From: Balanoglossus misakiensis
Taxonomy: Eukaryota; Animalia; Hemichordata
Assembly: GCA_040954595.2 (NCBI GenBank)
Contig: CM082576.2
Location: forward strand, 7,753,129-7,817,128
DNA length: 64,000 nt
Direction of reading: 5' to 3'
In this document: positions 13,764 through 27,938 of the stretch, one piece after another
Numbering within the stretch: position 1 is the stretch's first letter
Layout: each line of letters starts with the position of its first letter
Position numbers and translations under genes: made by a program
The notes under the pieces: generated by a model
Databases searched by the model: none
What the model saw: only the letters and a program-made list of their open reading frames with translations
What the model was told of the DNA's origin: nothing

Positions 13764-16685
13764 GGCGGCAATAATATATTTCCACGATGTGTTGATGGCA
13801 CGCCCAACTTCTAAACTATCTGACAAATTACATATACTTAAAAGATATATTTCTATTCAAAGAAACGGTTACTAGTATTTGATCAGAAGAGAGAGTGGGA
13901 AAACAGATATCCTGCCGGCCATGTAAGCTATAATAATTACACATAATTTTAGTTATATGAATATTTGTGGCTATATTATTATTTTTATGTACACATATTG
14001 TGATAGATAAAGTTACACACATATTATAACATTATATTAGCATACAGATGGGTAGATAGATAGACAGAGAGATGGACGGGCAGTTAGTTAGCGGTGTATG
14101 TGTGTCCAACACATTTATCACACTGTTCATACTACTACGCTAACACGGTCTAAGGTGAAAATTATGACGCGAATGAAAGGTTTACACAAGACGACTTACA
14201 TGTACGTAGGTGTGCTGTTATTGTGGTTGTCTTGCCGTTGTCGCCAATCCTAAGTTACACGACTGAGTATGGATGATTCAATATAACCACGTTGTTAGTA
14301 ACTCGTGCTCATTTAACAACGGCCCACTGCTTTTATACCCCTGTTCCAACTTGTCGGAACAAAGTTGAAATATTTCTGGAATAATTAGGGAGTCGTCGTG
14401 CATGTGAAACTCGGTTAAGGTACTTTATAAAGATCTCTATTCAATGGCATTGTTTCCCCCCACACATTTTGTAAAACTCGCCCACGTTGTGTACGACAAA
14501 TCGAGATGCCTTTTAAAAGGCGGAGTTCCTCTTCCCTTTGCACCCGACATGGTTATTTAAATTGGCAGAAAAACTCTTCTCTCGGCCTTAGCAATTCATT
14601 ATCCTTATGCTGGGCGCCAACACTGCGATGCGTTCAACAGTATTCAGAACCATTTCATAAGATATCCGCAGATATCAAGTTCCATCACCGTTTCCACTAA
14701 ATGTGTTGGAGGGTCACAGCGATATGTATTATTCTCTGCTCTTTACCGTCCGATGCCCTCTCCCTCCCCCAAATCTCCCCTTTTGTGTATTTTCCAATTT
14801 GATCAGTATGACGTCAACGCAACTTTAGAGGCCTAAACCAGCACCTCTCAACATTATGATTATCAACTTGAAGTCAAACATCAAAATCTAACTTTCATAA
14901 AACACCAGACCAGTTATATTTTATTGGCGCTTAACCTTGGTCCAACATTATTGGTGCATCCCTATGCAAGTCTGTGAAATTCAGCTCGCTCTTCCGATGT
15001 CACTGCAAGAACTGTGGTCCTGTCATGCATTGAAAATGACATGTCCACGTTGGTTCGAAAAAATGCGCTCTACAACCTGTTCGGAAGCGCGCCCTTTTCC
15101 TTTAATGCATTGGTTGTGACGTATATTCGTTTACAGGCCAACGGCGCTCGAATACTGTCAGTCCACTTCTGTCCAGAATACCAAAGTATATACAAAATTA
15201 TTCAACAGGTTCCTTTTTGTTTTGTTTTGTTTTGGTCTCATTGTATCAGTGTCACTATCAGGTTGACCTGTAAATATTTGTCGGATAAGACAACGGACAA
15301 TAAATATTCGAGTGAATCAGAATTTCAGCCAACCACAATTCCGCAATCATTGTTGTGTCAAAACAATAGTCACTTCCGTAGTTACACGGTACGTTGGGCA
15401 CCGATGGGGGAAATTCTCAGAAACTCGACTGCTCGCCATTATCCCTTCAGGTCTTACTGGCCAGGAATAAGCACACAGCGCCAAACCCAATATAAAATGT
15501 TCAAATATTTTATTGACTCGCTCATGATAGATGTCTATACTGTAATGTAAATATACACTTACTACAGAGAGATCAAGAGAAAGTTCGCCATGTTGTCATC
15601 ACTACAGCACTGCCCTCTCACACCCGCGTAACTGTGAGTCCAGAGGAGTACGTTGAAGTCTAACACATCAGTGTACATTCTACTAGTATATCGGTCAGCG
15701 TGTGACCAAACGACAACAAAATGCCATTAAAGATGGCGACCGTCCCTCGTATATTGAGTAAACGTGGCTTACAAGCCGAATACTCGGCACATGAAATTCA
15801 TGTATAACACTTTAAAATACCACACTGGGTATTAGGTTGCGGACTGAATATCTGCATGTAAGTTTTTTTATCTATCTTTCGTAGAAAGTACGGATAGAAT
15901 GAAATACGTTGCATTCCAAACGTTTTTTTATCTAGTCTGTTTAAGCACTCACACATAAACGAAATGTTAGACCACCATGAAAACCACTACTGCCGTAATT
16001 AAGGCTGACGACCTTGACTTTAGGTCACTGTGTTAAAATATATAATTATATACTATATAAAGTACATTCAAAATAAATAAACAGCTGAATAAAAATTTAA
16101 AAATACGTGCGTGTACTGTTAACTTTGAAATAATGGTTACGTTACAACCGTAACATACACCGTTTTAAAGGGGCAAAGTTGCTAAATTTTGACATTATTT
16201 TGGTTATTTTCTTTTGGTGGTCTAGTATTTGTGTTATTTTACTCATTACAATACGCTAAATGACCAGTTGCTACAAACCAAACTACATTTTGTACATACG
16301 TATAACACAAGAATCGTCTACAATATAATTTAGGTAGTTCTACCTAGTAATCTTATACTACCAACAAATTAGACATCTATCGGAATATAAAAATAGAAAA
16401 TATCGTCTTACAAGTAATCCTAGTCCATATATAAAACTCCACCAATTAGAAATATTATTCATGTAGTTATTAATAAAAATTCTGACTATGGTACAATTTT
16501 CATTGCGTATGTATATGACATAAATGGACGTCACACCGCCTACGTAAATCTTCAATGATATCACCTGTCCAGATTCTGGCGATTTTCATCTCTTCATGTG
16601 AATTTTTTCGTCTAGAATGTTATCTTGAACAAAAGGAACCCTGATTGTGCGACACCGACAATTTTACAGCCATCCGAAGAGTACA

Positions 16686-16973
16686 TCAGCTTGGGTCCGA
16701 CCCGCCAGCCAGTTCGGCTGGCTGCTGGGAGTGCGCCGACCAGAGACTCACTCCCTGCGCCGCTGTCGACGACGGCGGCAGAAACGGGCCGCGTTCTGTC
16801 CGTTGTCCATTGGCGTGCCTTCCGCTCGCCATCAACAGCTTGCAGGGGTGGTTACCGACAGAGGACTGTAACTGGTGAATGTTCAACGCGAACGATAACT
16901 GCGACTTCTCGTCCGTCAGTTTCCTGATTTCTTGACGAAGACTGTTGTTCTGTGCTTCGAGCTGCTGGGTTTC
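16686..16973 (-). CDS. bZIP-B (ATF3/JDP2-like), zipper and C-terminal exon
   Basis: CATACAG acceptor; ETQQLEAQNNSLRQEIRKLTDEKSQLSFALNIHQL... parallels ATF3 ESEKLESVNAELKAQIEELKNEKQHLIYMLNLH. Confidence 0.92.
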   Translation of the reverse strand, partial: ETQQLEAQNNSLRQEIRKLTDEKSQLSFALNIHQLQSSVGNHPCKLLMASGRHANGQRTERGPFLPPSSTAAQGVSLWSAHSQQPAELAGGSDPS

Positions 16974-17625
16974 CTGTATGTGAACCAAACGACAATTGAT
17001 GAAAAAAGACTTTCGCTATCATGTTTGATAAGCTAGGCGACAAAGATACAGACCCAGCTAAAGACTCGTACGTTTCAACTATCTGAAATCTTTTGTCGGT
17101 ACACCATCTTATATTGTTTTCTCGTGATGACCGTACCATAGCAAGTTCATAGGGAAAGAACCTCAAGGCTGATTCATGATTCATGAGAATCCATCCTGCT
17201 CTTTTCTTGGCGACCACGAGACAGGAAAGATTCCAGTAGCTACCTTTCAACAGTCTCATACTGATTTTATACAGGTTATTCTAGGCCACGTGGACAGACC
17301 GAGAAATAAAAGTGAATCGAGCCATGTAAAGCTGAAGGTGCGCTTTTTAACACTGCTAATGTTGTGTGTTACTACAGAAGAAGACAATCTGATAAGGGTG
17401 CAACTTATAGGCATTATTTTCCTTATTTTAGCTTTTTAAAGATAAACTAGATCGTGTATATACATATTAGATGTTACATATATTCCGCAGACTAGACACT
17501 TTGTGATTCAATGTCAACTAGACTCTTTGTGGTGTTTCTGTCATGTTCAACTTTCTTATACATCATGCTGAGATTATGGTAAAACTAAAGATCAAGTTAT
17601 ACTCAACAAATTAAATTTTACGTAC

Positions 17626-17733
17626 CCTGAACAAAGAGTCTGCTCTGTCGCGTTGACGGTCTCGACACTTTGCGGCGGCCACTCTGTTTTTCTCTCGCCT
17701 CGCTCGGCGCCGCTCTTCCTCTTCGGGGGTTAA
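17626..17733 (-). CDS. bZIP-B, basic-region exon (108 nt)
   Basis: TCTCCTCAG acceptor and AGG|GTACGT donor; LTPEEEERRRARREKNRVAAAKCRDRQRDRADSLFR resembles FOS [36 protein letters not shown]. Confidence 0.95.
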
Positions 17734-19075
17734 CTGAGGAGATGACAGAGAAAGAGATGAGAAAACGGAGGCTTGTTGGTTGAAATCTCCAAGATGCACC
17801 AGATGCAAGTTTCTTCCTTTCACGCACGCGCTCATGATCACGCACGGGCGATTTCGTTCACGGGTCTTTAAAAATACGAGGCGGGTCGCACCTGATCTCG
17901 TGCTGGTGGTGGTGGCATAGTGAAAATCGAACCGAGTTGACTCCGGCGAGTCGATGCAATCTATGAACGCTCCTGCACCGAACGCTGTCGGTATATAAAG
18001 TAGGCGATATCCGGATATTACGTGCGCATGTTCTGGTTACTAGGAAACCCGAGGCGAGTCCGTTCGAGGAAATATGAACATACTACTGCATGTCGGCGGA
18101 GCATTCCGGATCGTGTTATTGACTTTGGCATAATTAAAGATGGCATTGATTGCCGTGAGCATAACAAGATCTGGCAAAGGCGTGTGTATTTCAGGACGCG
18201 GAAGTAGAACTAGCGACAGATTGGCCGCATATCTTAATACCAGATATTCGTTCATAGGGAGGGGAAATCCCGATATCCAGGATTTGTCCGAACAGGTACC
18301 GGGATGAGTTGAGCAAATCGAGCAAAAAGTCAGCTTTTCTTGTCTGTTTGTTATATTGCAAATCCAAAAAACCGCTTGAACGAGGAAAACGGCATCACAA
18401 GCGTTTCCAACGTGTATACGTTTACAATTCACCCACGCAATTTTCTTTTGCAAGTATTTATGTCAGATATCATGCGACCTTTGGAGTGCTTGTAAGTGTA
18501 ACGTTATCCTTTATCGGGTCATATTCAACAAGAAAGAGGACAAATATGTAGTTCACATGATGTGGTTGACCTTACATCTTGTCGATGCTTGCGTATTTTT
18601 AACACAATGCGTTTCGTGGAAAATAGCGTCTGCATATTTATTGGGTATATGCAACGCCGCCCACTATTTTGTTATACACTGCGCAAGTGTATTAAATACA
18701 CATGCCATAGGTCAAGTTCGTCACCGTCACCACATACTTGACATCTGAGTCGTCCATGACATTGTTTTATACAGTCAGTGGGCGTATGAACTTAAGAAGG
18801 CCGCTATTGCTTGCGCCTGTGCCCTTTTAACTGGAAGTACGACAAACGGAGGAAGCAGTTGTCAATCTCCCGCGGAAGGTGTGGATGGCGGGACTACAAG
18901 TCTCACGCGAGGGTTCATACATTGTATATATGGTGTGTCGTGGGTGTAGCGAACCATGACAATCTGACAGGAAATCGGAGATACACAAGAGCAATGCCCG
19001 AACTGCCTCATAAGGTATTCGGCGCTTTTTATTGGGGGCGTCAACTCTTTCACCAGGCCCGTTTAAAATGTTTGC

Positions 19076-19293
19076 GCACACGAGAGAAATTAGCGGAGGA
19101 AAAAGTCATTCGAGGAATTTTACTCAGCAATTTTCCTCTCGTGTGCGGGCGAATTTTGGTGATTTTTAAATACTTTTTGTGCCGTGGATCACAATATGGC
19201 GAGGAAAATGACTCACGGCCGCCGCTCACGAGAGAAACTTGCTGAGTAACGTTCCTCGAACGACTTTTTATTCAGCTAATTTCTGTCGTGTGC
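19076..19293. mobile_element. Foldback MITE-like element with ~70-bp imperfect inverted arms, in an intron of bZIP-B
   Basis: GCACACGAGAGAAATTAGC...TTCGAGGAATTTTACTCAGCAA...CTCTCGTG is mirrored by CACGAGAGAAACTTGCTGAGTAACGTTCCTCGAA...GCTAATTTCTGTCGTGTGC. No coding capacity. Confidence 0.7.
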
Positions 19294-20629
19294 GGCGGCC
19301 TTTAGCGAACATAGGTGTAACAGTAAAGTGTGTTATGTGTTGCAATGCCTGACCTGTTACTAAGCAATTGATTTCATGCATTCCTAAAATATCAGATCAC
19401 AACATTCACTCAAAAAGTTACTATTCAAGTCAATAAGGACGTGCACTGAGGCCAATAATGCTCGGCAAGAGACGCCCGCTCTTGGTCGTAAACGGTTGTT
19501 CTCTCCCCTCACGAGGAGAGTTCCAGAAATGGATATTTCAGCCGACAGCTCTTCACCTGAGTAAAATGGGTGTGTGGATTTACCCATTCGCATCACCCCG
19601 TGTTTTAACGTAACTGCAATGACCGTAACGGGGGTTCCTATTGAATGATATCATGCAATAGGCGCAACCCCCGCTACAAATTCATCAATGCACCTATAAC
19701 TGTAAATGCATCTTTTATACGCGTCAATGTCACTTTGACCTTCACTTGTTTCTGCCGTTTTTTCTTTGCTGGAAAAAGCAGTCAGTACCCCACGCAAACT
19801 ATAGTTATCACGTCCACTACGTTACTTCCTGAACGTACATGGCATTTAGAGAATTCTTTCTAAAGGTTGCTTTACGTCATCGGAAGTACCGGTTCGTTCT
19901 GGCCTGTTTACTTTCGGTGCCACGGTCATCTTCCTTGAAAAACGGATAAAGCACAAAATATAGTTGTCCAGTCTATTGTTGCACTTCGTCATATCACGTG
20001 ACACCGAATGAGTCTGTTTACGTTTCGCATGATTAATACACACGTGATTTTACACACGTGCAACTGAGCACGTTTTAAAATGTTGACAAAATGCCAAACG
20101 CAAATTGGACACCACAGTATCTGTGCCATGTCGTGTGGCGCTGCGTTACTCAACAAGTGTGTATTGTACTTCAGTGAGGAAAGAAAGAAAAAAAACAGTT
20201 GTTGCTTAGTTTTTACGAACCAATGAACAAATTCGCAAAAAGACTCTCTTGAAGTTCATTGACTGAGAATTCCACGAGAATAGAGTATATTTCACTGATG
20301 TCTTACATGTTTTTGTTTTGTTAATGGTCTATTTGAGCGCGGGGAGGCGCGGGGGTTGGGGTGACCTTCAAGCCATTTAGCCCGGATGTACATCGTGGCA
20401 ATTGTACTTTTTTGTTTATGGTCCCCGCACATGACGCTGAACTGTTTCTGACTAAATGTTGTTCCACAAGAATGACACGTAAACAGCAGACTAATTTTAA
20501 TATAGAAAACGACATGAGGGCGTTCAGTGCATTTTCAGAGACCTGTAAAAAATGAGCGTGACGTCAGAATACTGCCGCATTGTCCAACGTCGGATTTTCT
20601 GTGCGGCTTACATGTTTAGTCGTCCTTAC

Positions 20630-20894
20630 CTGTGTAGGTGTAGAATGCCCCGTGTGCGACGTGATCTCTGCCAACTCCTGGGCGCTCCTCCTGGACAATA
20701 TCGTCCTCTTGATTTCTTCTTTGAGGAGCGGGGTCAAGGGTGATGGCGATTGTGTTTGGCCAATCACGTGACGATCAGCGATCAGTTGTTGTTGTCGTGC
20801 GGGGGTCTTGACACTTCCCGACCCACTCATCATGACTGTCGATTTCGTGAACTCTGAAGATTCTGTGCCTTCGCGTCGGTTATTATCTGTACGC
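20630..20894 (-). CDS. bZIP-B, N-terminal exon with ATF3-type motif
   Basis: TTTTTTCTAACCAG acceptor and CAG|GTAAGG donor (phase 0); contains LTPLLKEEIKRTILSRR, compared with ATF3 LTPFVKEELRFAIQNK. Confidence 0.88.
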
Positions 20895-21732
20895 CTGGTT
20901 AGAAAAAAAGTGAGAGAAAAAATGAAAGTAAGAAACCGTTCCACTTCCATACTAGGACGTAACTTGTATGGTTGGCGTTGCAGTGTGGCCCGTTGGCGGC
21001 TCAAAAGTTCACCAAAAACCACTTGTCAGAAAAAGTTTGTCGTAGACTATGTTCATATATGGTAACACAGTTGTGGACTTTAGTTTCTCCATCAAAACCC
21101 ACTCTAACGCAATAAAAAGTTGTGTGACTGTACAGTAAGGGCTGGAAGCAGATATATCTGCGTATATGGTAATGGCACTTTTAGCTCCCCCGTCAAAATC
21201 AAATTTCTGTGACGTAGTACAATGAGTAGTGGTCATGTCACATTACATGTTCCAAAGCAAATTTTCGCAACGAACACATTCAAAACGTTTGAACGACTCA
21301 ACAGACCTGGTAAAAGATGCCCAAAGCTGTCGCTTTTAACTGCCTCTTGTGTCAGAAAGGGGAGAGACTTCTGAAATCAAAGCTCAGAGAACGAATATCT
21401 GGTGCGTATACTTTGAGGTATGGACTACCGTTGATTCAGCGAATGCTTGAATTTACAACACTATGAACACGCTGACGTGCCATTTCAGGACACCAATCTC
21501 AGTGCTTGAGAACAATTGATTGCAAATTATCTCCGACTGCCACGTGACAAGCGACACCTACGCACCGCGCCGCACTTCTTTCATCACGCACCCCTTTTTG
21601 ATGAACAATTCCCGGCGCTTGGGGGCTTACAAAGTGCTGTCATGCAACGAGCATGGACATGTTGAGCAAGCTGCGCTCGTGTTCACTCGACTGCCGCGTG
21701 TTGTCCCTCTGCAAGAAGTAAGTAGGCCTTAC

Positions 21733-21896
21733 TGCGAATTTATGAGCGTTTCGTTCGCAAAGTTTATCGCCTTTTTTTTGCAGTCATTAACACTCAATTC
21801 TTGGTGGAGTTCTCTTGCTCGGCGTGGCGCATTGCGGGGTTTGAGGCATGGCACGCGAATTCCTGCCCTTGTTGTGAATTCACAGGTGCGCTCCAT
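21733..21896 (-). CDS. bZIP-B, possible first coding exon (may be UTR)
   Basis: MERTCEF...NETLINS ends CA|GTAAGG in phase 2, which matches the entry phase of exon 20630-20894 (total 274 aa). No recognisable homology. Confidence 0.45.
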
Positions 21897-24125
21897 ACAA
21901 ATGAATGACTTGCACGCCCCTTCCCCAAGCTGCACCTTCTATACATTCCACATTTTTTGTTGGGAAGAAAACTCAGAATTCTGCCGCTGGCGCATTTTTC
22001 GGGCATCAGCGCTTGGAGTTCAATGGCGGATCTGACGTGTGCCGGGCTGCCTGGGGTATGATGCAAAACGTGCGTCGCAGGTTATTATGTAATGGAGCGA
22101 CTGTCATACTGTCATTCTGTAATGAACTGCATGAAGTGTATTTTGCTCGTAATGTTGTCCGCCAGCTTTATTATGACCCTGACAAAAGTTTCATATATTC
22201 ACGACATCTTTAACCACAGTCGCATTCAAAGTTGATTTTAACCAAGCCAAAGTGAGAAACATTCGATATTTTAAAATGCCTTATTGACAACATTCTATCA
22301 AAAGATAACATTAATCTGCTCTGTTTATATTATTGAAATGTGTCCAGAATTATAAAAACAGGGGCGTTATTTTTAAAAGTAAAAAAAAAATCGAACAGGG
22401 GTCAATGGAAGGGAAATTTTAGAATGGCGCTGAAACCAAACTTTATGAACTCACCAGCAAACTTGTGGCATGGATTTTCACACCGGTTGAATTAATAGTT
22501 CCTATGAAAACGATGCACATGCAGATAGACTCTTTGCGAAGACAAGGTGCAAGAAGAGACCGAAGTTGTTCAGATTGAAAGTAGTTTCCCTCTATAAACT
22601 TCTCAACTGTCTAACATGCTATTTATATAGGCTTTCACTTGACTCCCCACAAAGCAGGTGACTTTCATATTTCGTTTTTTTTTACCATGGCCAGAAATGG
22701 AAATCCCGATCACAAAATGAGGCGGCAAACCTTATATAGATCTGTGTTTCCGGGAGCCAGTTCGTGCATGCATTGTTACGTTAATGAATATTATTCACGT
22801 GGTCGTACCACTCAAACATAACAGAGGGCGAAATTAGAGGTACCACTACAGGACAGAGTGTCTGCTATTTAGTTCAAGTTGGACAACGAAAATAAGTTGA
22901 TAGAGTCGACAGCGACTTCACCTCATTTCAGTCAAGTTTCTCCCGCTTTCTTCATATGAGCGACGATTTATTCTTGACCTATATTTCTAGTCTCAGCGCC
23001 GCAAACTATAACCTTCCAACCGATACAAATTGCTTTGGCGTTGGACCTGTCGAGTGTGCACTGTCTTATTATAAACGTATATAAACTTAACAATTTGCGA
23101 CCAAATTTGCATTATCCCATTTCCCGACCACGCTGCACTATACTACGTCGGTCCCTAAATTTGGGACAAGTGCTTTGACGTTGGAAGTCCCTGAAAGCTT
23201 CCGCGCGGAAGTACATTGACATACTTCCAAGTAGAGCAGTGGTTTGGCGCTATTCTAACCGCAGTCACGGTATCGTCACCCACGTGCGACGTTCAACATA
23301 ACAGATGGATAAACCGACACTTCCAAAAAGTGATCGGGGTGTGCGGGGGTACTAGAAAAAAAAAACTGACACCATTATCCAAGTTTGGTTTTGCGTTGTT
23401 CAAAGAAAAGAACATCATTTCATAAGAAATGGGTCACTGAACGGTCAATTGGTGACGGGTCATTTTCAGAGGGTATGGTCTGATCAAAAACTGCTATGTC
23501 ACAGTGAATGTATTCGAACGGTATTCTGCTTCAGGTTTCACGTTTTTCTAATTCACAGTCTGACACTAAGAAATCCGGACGGGACGCAGAGAAGAATGCG
23601 CGAAAACTAAGGTAAACGACTTTCTTTCCCTCTTCAATTTTCAGTTTCCTTGGCGCTGCAAAATTGTCTTTTTTTGTCGGCCAAAACTTTGAAAGAGATG
23701 AGAATGTGTGGTCGCAGAATGTTAAATTATGGTTCGAATGTTTTCCATGCAGGCAAGAAATTTTACTGAACGGTCGTTGTTTTCAGTTGATTTTGTCTGC
23801 GTTAACTGACATGCATGCGTCACTGGCCACAGTAGGCGTTGGCCTCCATACAACACGACCAAGCGACTGTATTGGAAGTAGGTGTCTAACCTGAACACAA
23901 AAAGGGCTTTGATATATAGGGGGCCTACATATGGATCTACAGGAAGTGTACTAGTCTGCGCCGTGGGCCCGCCACGCACAGTTTAATTTAGCATCCATTC
24001 CGACTCTCACTCATTTCACTACATAACACAATTTGATGTCAACCACGTGCCAGCTTAACCTGAATGCAATAGCGATATCAAAATCTTCTCACCATCATGT
24101 GTTGAATACAGTTTTGTGTTCAAAG

Positions 24126-27100
24126 TGAGTCACAAGCCCAAGGCTTTCAAATGGGTCACGAATCGGTGGCTGACAATCCGAAGCCAGCGCTGCGGTGATT
24201 CATTCTCATGCAGACACCGCGCATGTACGATTGGCTGTGACGTCACCAAAATATAACCATCAATGTTTTCAATACAGTTTCCTTTGCTCTTTTTGGCAGC
24301 TATATTTATCTATAGATTGACAAAAATATTACCAATATCGCTTATCACAAGGGGTAATTTGTCGTGTTTTAACTCTTTAGTATGAAATAAGTCGTGTGTA
24401 AGCGCAAGGAGGGTGCGAGAAAGTTCTCTTTCTTTTTTTTTTTTGGGGGGGGGGAGCATTCAACAAGCCTTATATCTTGTCCGTCGTCTCGCAGCTAAGA
24501 CGTTGGGGTCGTGAGTGGTTAAGTTCACACTGTTCCACTTGCATGGCATATACCAAGAACTGCAACATTGAAATTTTATCTGATTATAAGTAAAACAGGC
24601 TTGAGTGAGTCCCTTAAAGGCATCCGATGAATTAGACACGGTGCCTCAGATTTCGTAGAATCGACCACCTTTCGGCGAAATCCGCCCACAATGTTCGATC
24701 CGGTACCAGGAACGGTGAGAGTGAGACTGCAGGGGTCGCGAGCGGCGCACCGAGGTTCGGATACGTGGCAAGGGTGTCCAAATAATCTTTAAGAAAGTGT
24801 TCTTTGACAGGCTGAATGGAAACTGGACTGCGTGGAGGGTGAAGTGACATAACAAAAAGCGTCGAATCACTAAAATTGTTGTCACAACAAAAAAGACTGA
24901 GTTCAGCCATCTCGGCACAGATACAGACAGGAATAAAATGAAAAAAAGTACAGTGACATAATTCAGAGCCACTTTTTGGTGACAACACGTATTAAGTTGG
25001 TTCACATAGCAACGGATGATGGGTGAAAAGGTACGGAAAGACGCAGATTTCTAAAAAAAAAATCAAGTGCACCATCGAATGTATTCGTAAAACAGTCGAT
25101 GGTGAACACGATGACTCATCATCTTTATGCTGTCAACATTGTTCCAGAGGACCATGGTTCCATCTGAACGTTGTCTATGTTTGTATGTATACATATCATA
25201 ACCACGGGACAAAGTTAAACATGGCACGCGCATGTATGAACATGAATCGGCAGCCTTGACCTTTCTGTTGACCTTCCAGAGTCTGACTCAATCCTGGAGA
25301 CCATGTCTCATTGAACTTGGAAGGTTGCTTCGCCCACGGAATGAGTTTCGCCCGTTCAAGTACCCGTTCGCCCAACTGGCGCCTTTAAATGTACATTGTA
25401 CAAGTCACCTTATCAAATTTAACCACTGTTACCATGGAAAAATTTTATCAGTCTAGCCAAAGACAGAATTTCAGTGGGTGACACCCGTGAGAAAAAATAT
25501 GTGCTACCGGTAATACCTTCGGCGCCTCGAATATCAAAGTCTTAAACAATTTCTCATATTTTGTTCAAGACAATTTTAGATTATTCTCTCTTGGAATGTG
25601 AGAGAACGACGTCTCGGCACTTCCTCTTTGATTTGTAACGTTACTATATTCTCAATGGCTGCGCATATGTCAATGTGAATGGTCCTCCTGTAGATCCGTC
25701 AAGTTTTTTCCCCGCTGTATGTAAGCTTTGAATTGCCTGAAACCATTTCTTAAGAAAAATCAGCAAATATCATTGTGAAGAAAATCAGATGAGCAAACAC
25801 AAAATTCCCCTCATAGCATTACTGCTATTTTCAGTCGTTAGCCAATTGTTAAAAGTTGGTTCTCTAGTGCATGAATATCGCACGGTGGCCCCTAATTTGG
25901 TTTTTGATTGATAGAATAATCAATTGTTATCGATCGCATAAATAATGGTATGAACCATATTTCGATATGCTTCTGTAAACATTACGACAGATCCTACCAG
26001 TTTCATAGGTTTACTGATGACAAAAAGTAAAGAATAATATTTTTGATAAGGTTTAGTTTTTTTCTGTACATTTAGTTCCTTTTTCTTTCTAAAGTGACTT
26101 TGATAAACTTTCGTCAAGTTTAAAGACTACACGATTTCAACTTTTAGTACAACACAGGGCGCTAATTATCTTAGTGTTTAGAATTAGAAACATAACTAAC
26201 AGATACAAAGCAGACAAGACGAAATAAGCTATGACAGAAAGAAAAACTAGGATTTGTGAAATTAGTTCCGTCTCGGTATGTCGCCAAACTTGCCGCAGTG
26301 ACGGAGTCAAAATTCGTGGCTTGGGATTGAACGTGGGAACAGATCCGTCCTGCTACGTTTCAATTTGAATCCGCCACATAAACTTTCACGATGCTTAAAG
26401 ATACATACTTCTAGAACAAAAGTGACCAATAAATTTAATCGTCTGGTGTTCGCAAAAGACGGATACTTACCGTGACTCTCCGCGCAACCGTTTGAAAGTT
26501 TGCTCAGCAAGTGGCGCAACTGCAGGAGATACGCCCCCAAGCATCAGTAACGAAAACCACTATCGTTTATACAGTACAGTACAGTTCAGTACAGTTCGCG
26601 TATATGATGACCGCAAACCTATTAAAACGGTATATGAACAAGACAGCTTTTGTCCATATCAAATAATTAGGCGTATTTTCTTCCCGTTTCAATAACAACC
26701 GACCATTTTGATAAATTACGACTCGGAGAACAAAAACACGACCTTCCAAATCGCAGTGACTCACCTTAACGTGCCCAACGTTCGACCTTGAACGATTTTC
26801 CCGAAAACAGGACGTATGGTCAACAAAGAAAATAGCGAATCAGACTTGGAAAGTTTGCCGTGCTTCTGTCTTAGTGGCCCGGATCGGAATAAATATTAAA
26901 CGCTTTGTTGTCACTTGTTATCTCTCAGGAGTCGTTTTAAAACAAATCTGGTCACGACTAACAAACCGCCGAAATCCGGTTTGGAAGTCGTCAAAGCACT
27001 AACAAGACAGTGAAAGTCTTTGTTGTCTATCCTCGCCAATTTGTCTTTGGACATGCCCTAAACAGTGCCAATCTTGACTCTATGATCCACTGGGTGAAAA

Positions 27101-27938
27101 AACACCGAATCTGGTAATTATAGTTGGCAGAGAAGAAATATTAATAGTTAGAACCCAACATAACAACACCTGATTTTGTTCATTCTCCAAAAAATGTCCA
27201 CTTACTTTTGACCGAACAGTTTTATTGCGGCGTAAAAATATCGTATTCCGTATGACGCATTCGATAAATACTGGCACACGTCCGTGTACATCCTTAGACC
27301 GCCCTCTCGTGTGTCTCACGATTTGGCCCGCTGCCCGAAATAAACAATATGAACTTGGCTAGCGGAGGTGGCGAGCACGTGGTTTCAACTCTTCACATGC
27401 CGATTGCTGAAAACAATTGGGGTACCGCGGATACCTCCGCGATTGAATCAATGATATTCGGTTCGCTGAATGTTAGAAAATGTTAGAAAATATGAATATT
27501 TAGCTTTGGCCTGTGAGAAATGAATTACTAGCTGAAAAATACCTGTTTTGCATTTGATAAAAAAATGCAGCTTTACAAATCACTGTCTAATTATATAAAA
27601 CCGATGAGTCATTCGAAGAGTTTGCGCACACTTTAAAACAATCATGAATATCCAAATCACCAAAAATACTAGTAGTTCCAGTTGTGCCCACACGGGAAAT
27701 TCAACACACTGACACAATTTGACCTGAGACGTATAGACAGTGACTCAATGCATAATCAAGGAAGCGCCAGGACTGTGACGGGACACTATCACATGTGCGT
27801 GTGTGTGTGTGTGTGTGGGGGGGGGGGGGGGCGGCAAGCACCTGTCGCAAAATGAAAGTGGTATTTTGAAAGAAATATGTGTTTTCCCGAAAACTTCCGA
27901 AAGCTCACGCGCCATAACGCACGACAGATACTGACTCA
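24126..27938. promoter_or_regulatory. Cluster of AP-1 sites with a CRE and a CArG box upstream of bZIP-B
   Basis: TGA(C/G)TCA at 24126, 25112, 25284, 26757, 27605, 27741 and 27932; TGACGTCA at 24238; CCTAATTTGG at 25891. Function is inferred. Confidence 0.55.

Noticed and set aside
24632-25005. Two overlapping ~118-aa minus-strand ORFs
   Set aside because: No recognisable domain or exon partners.
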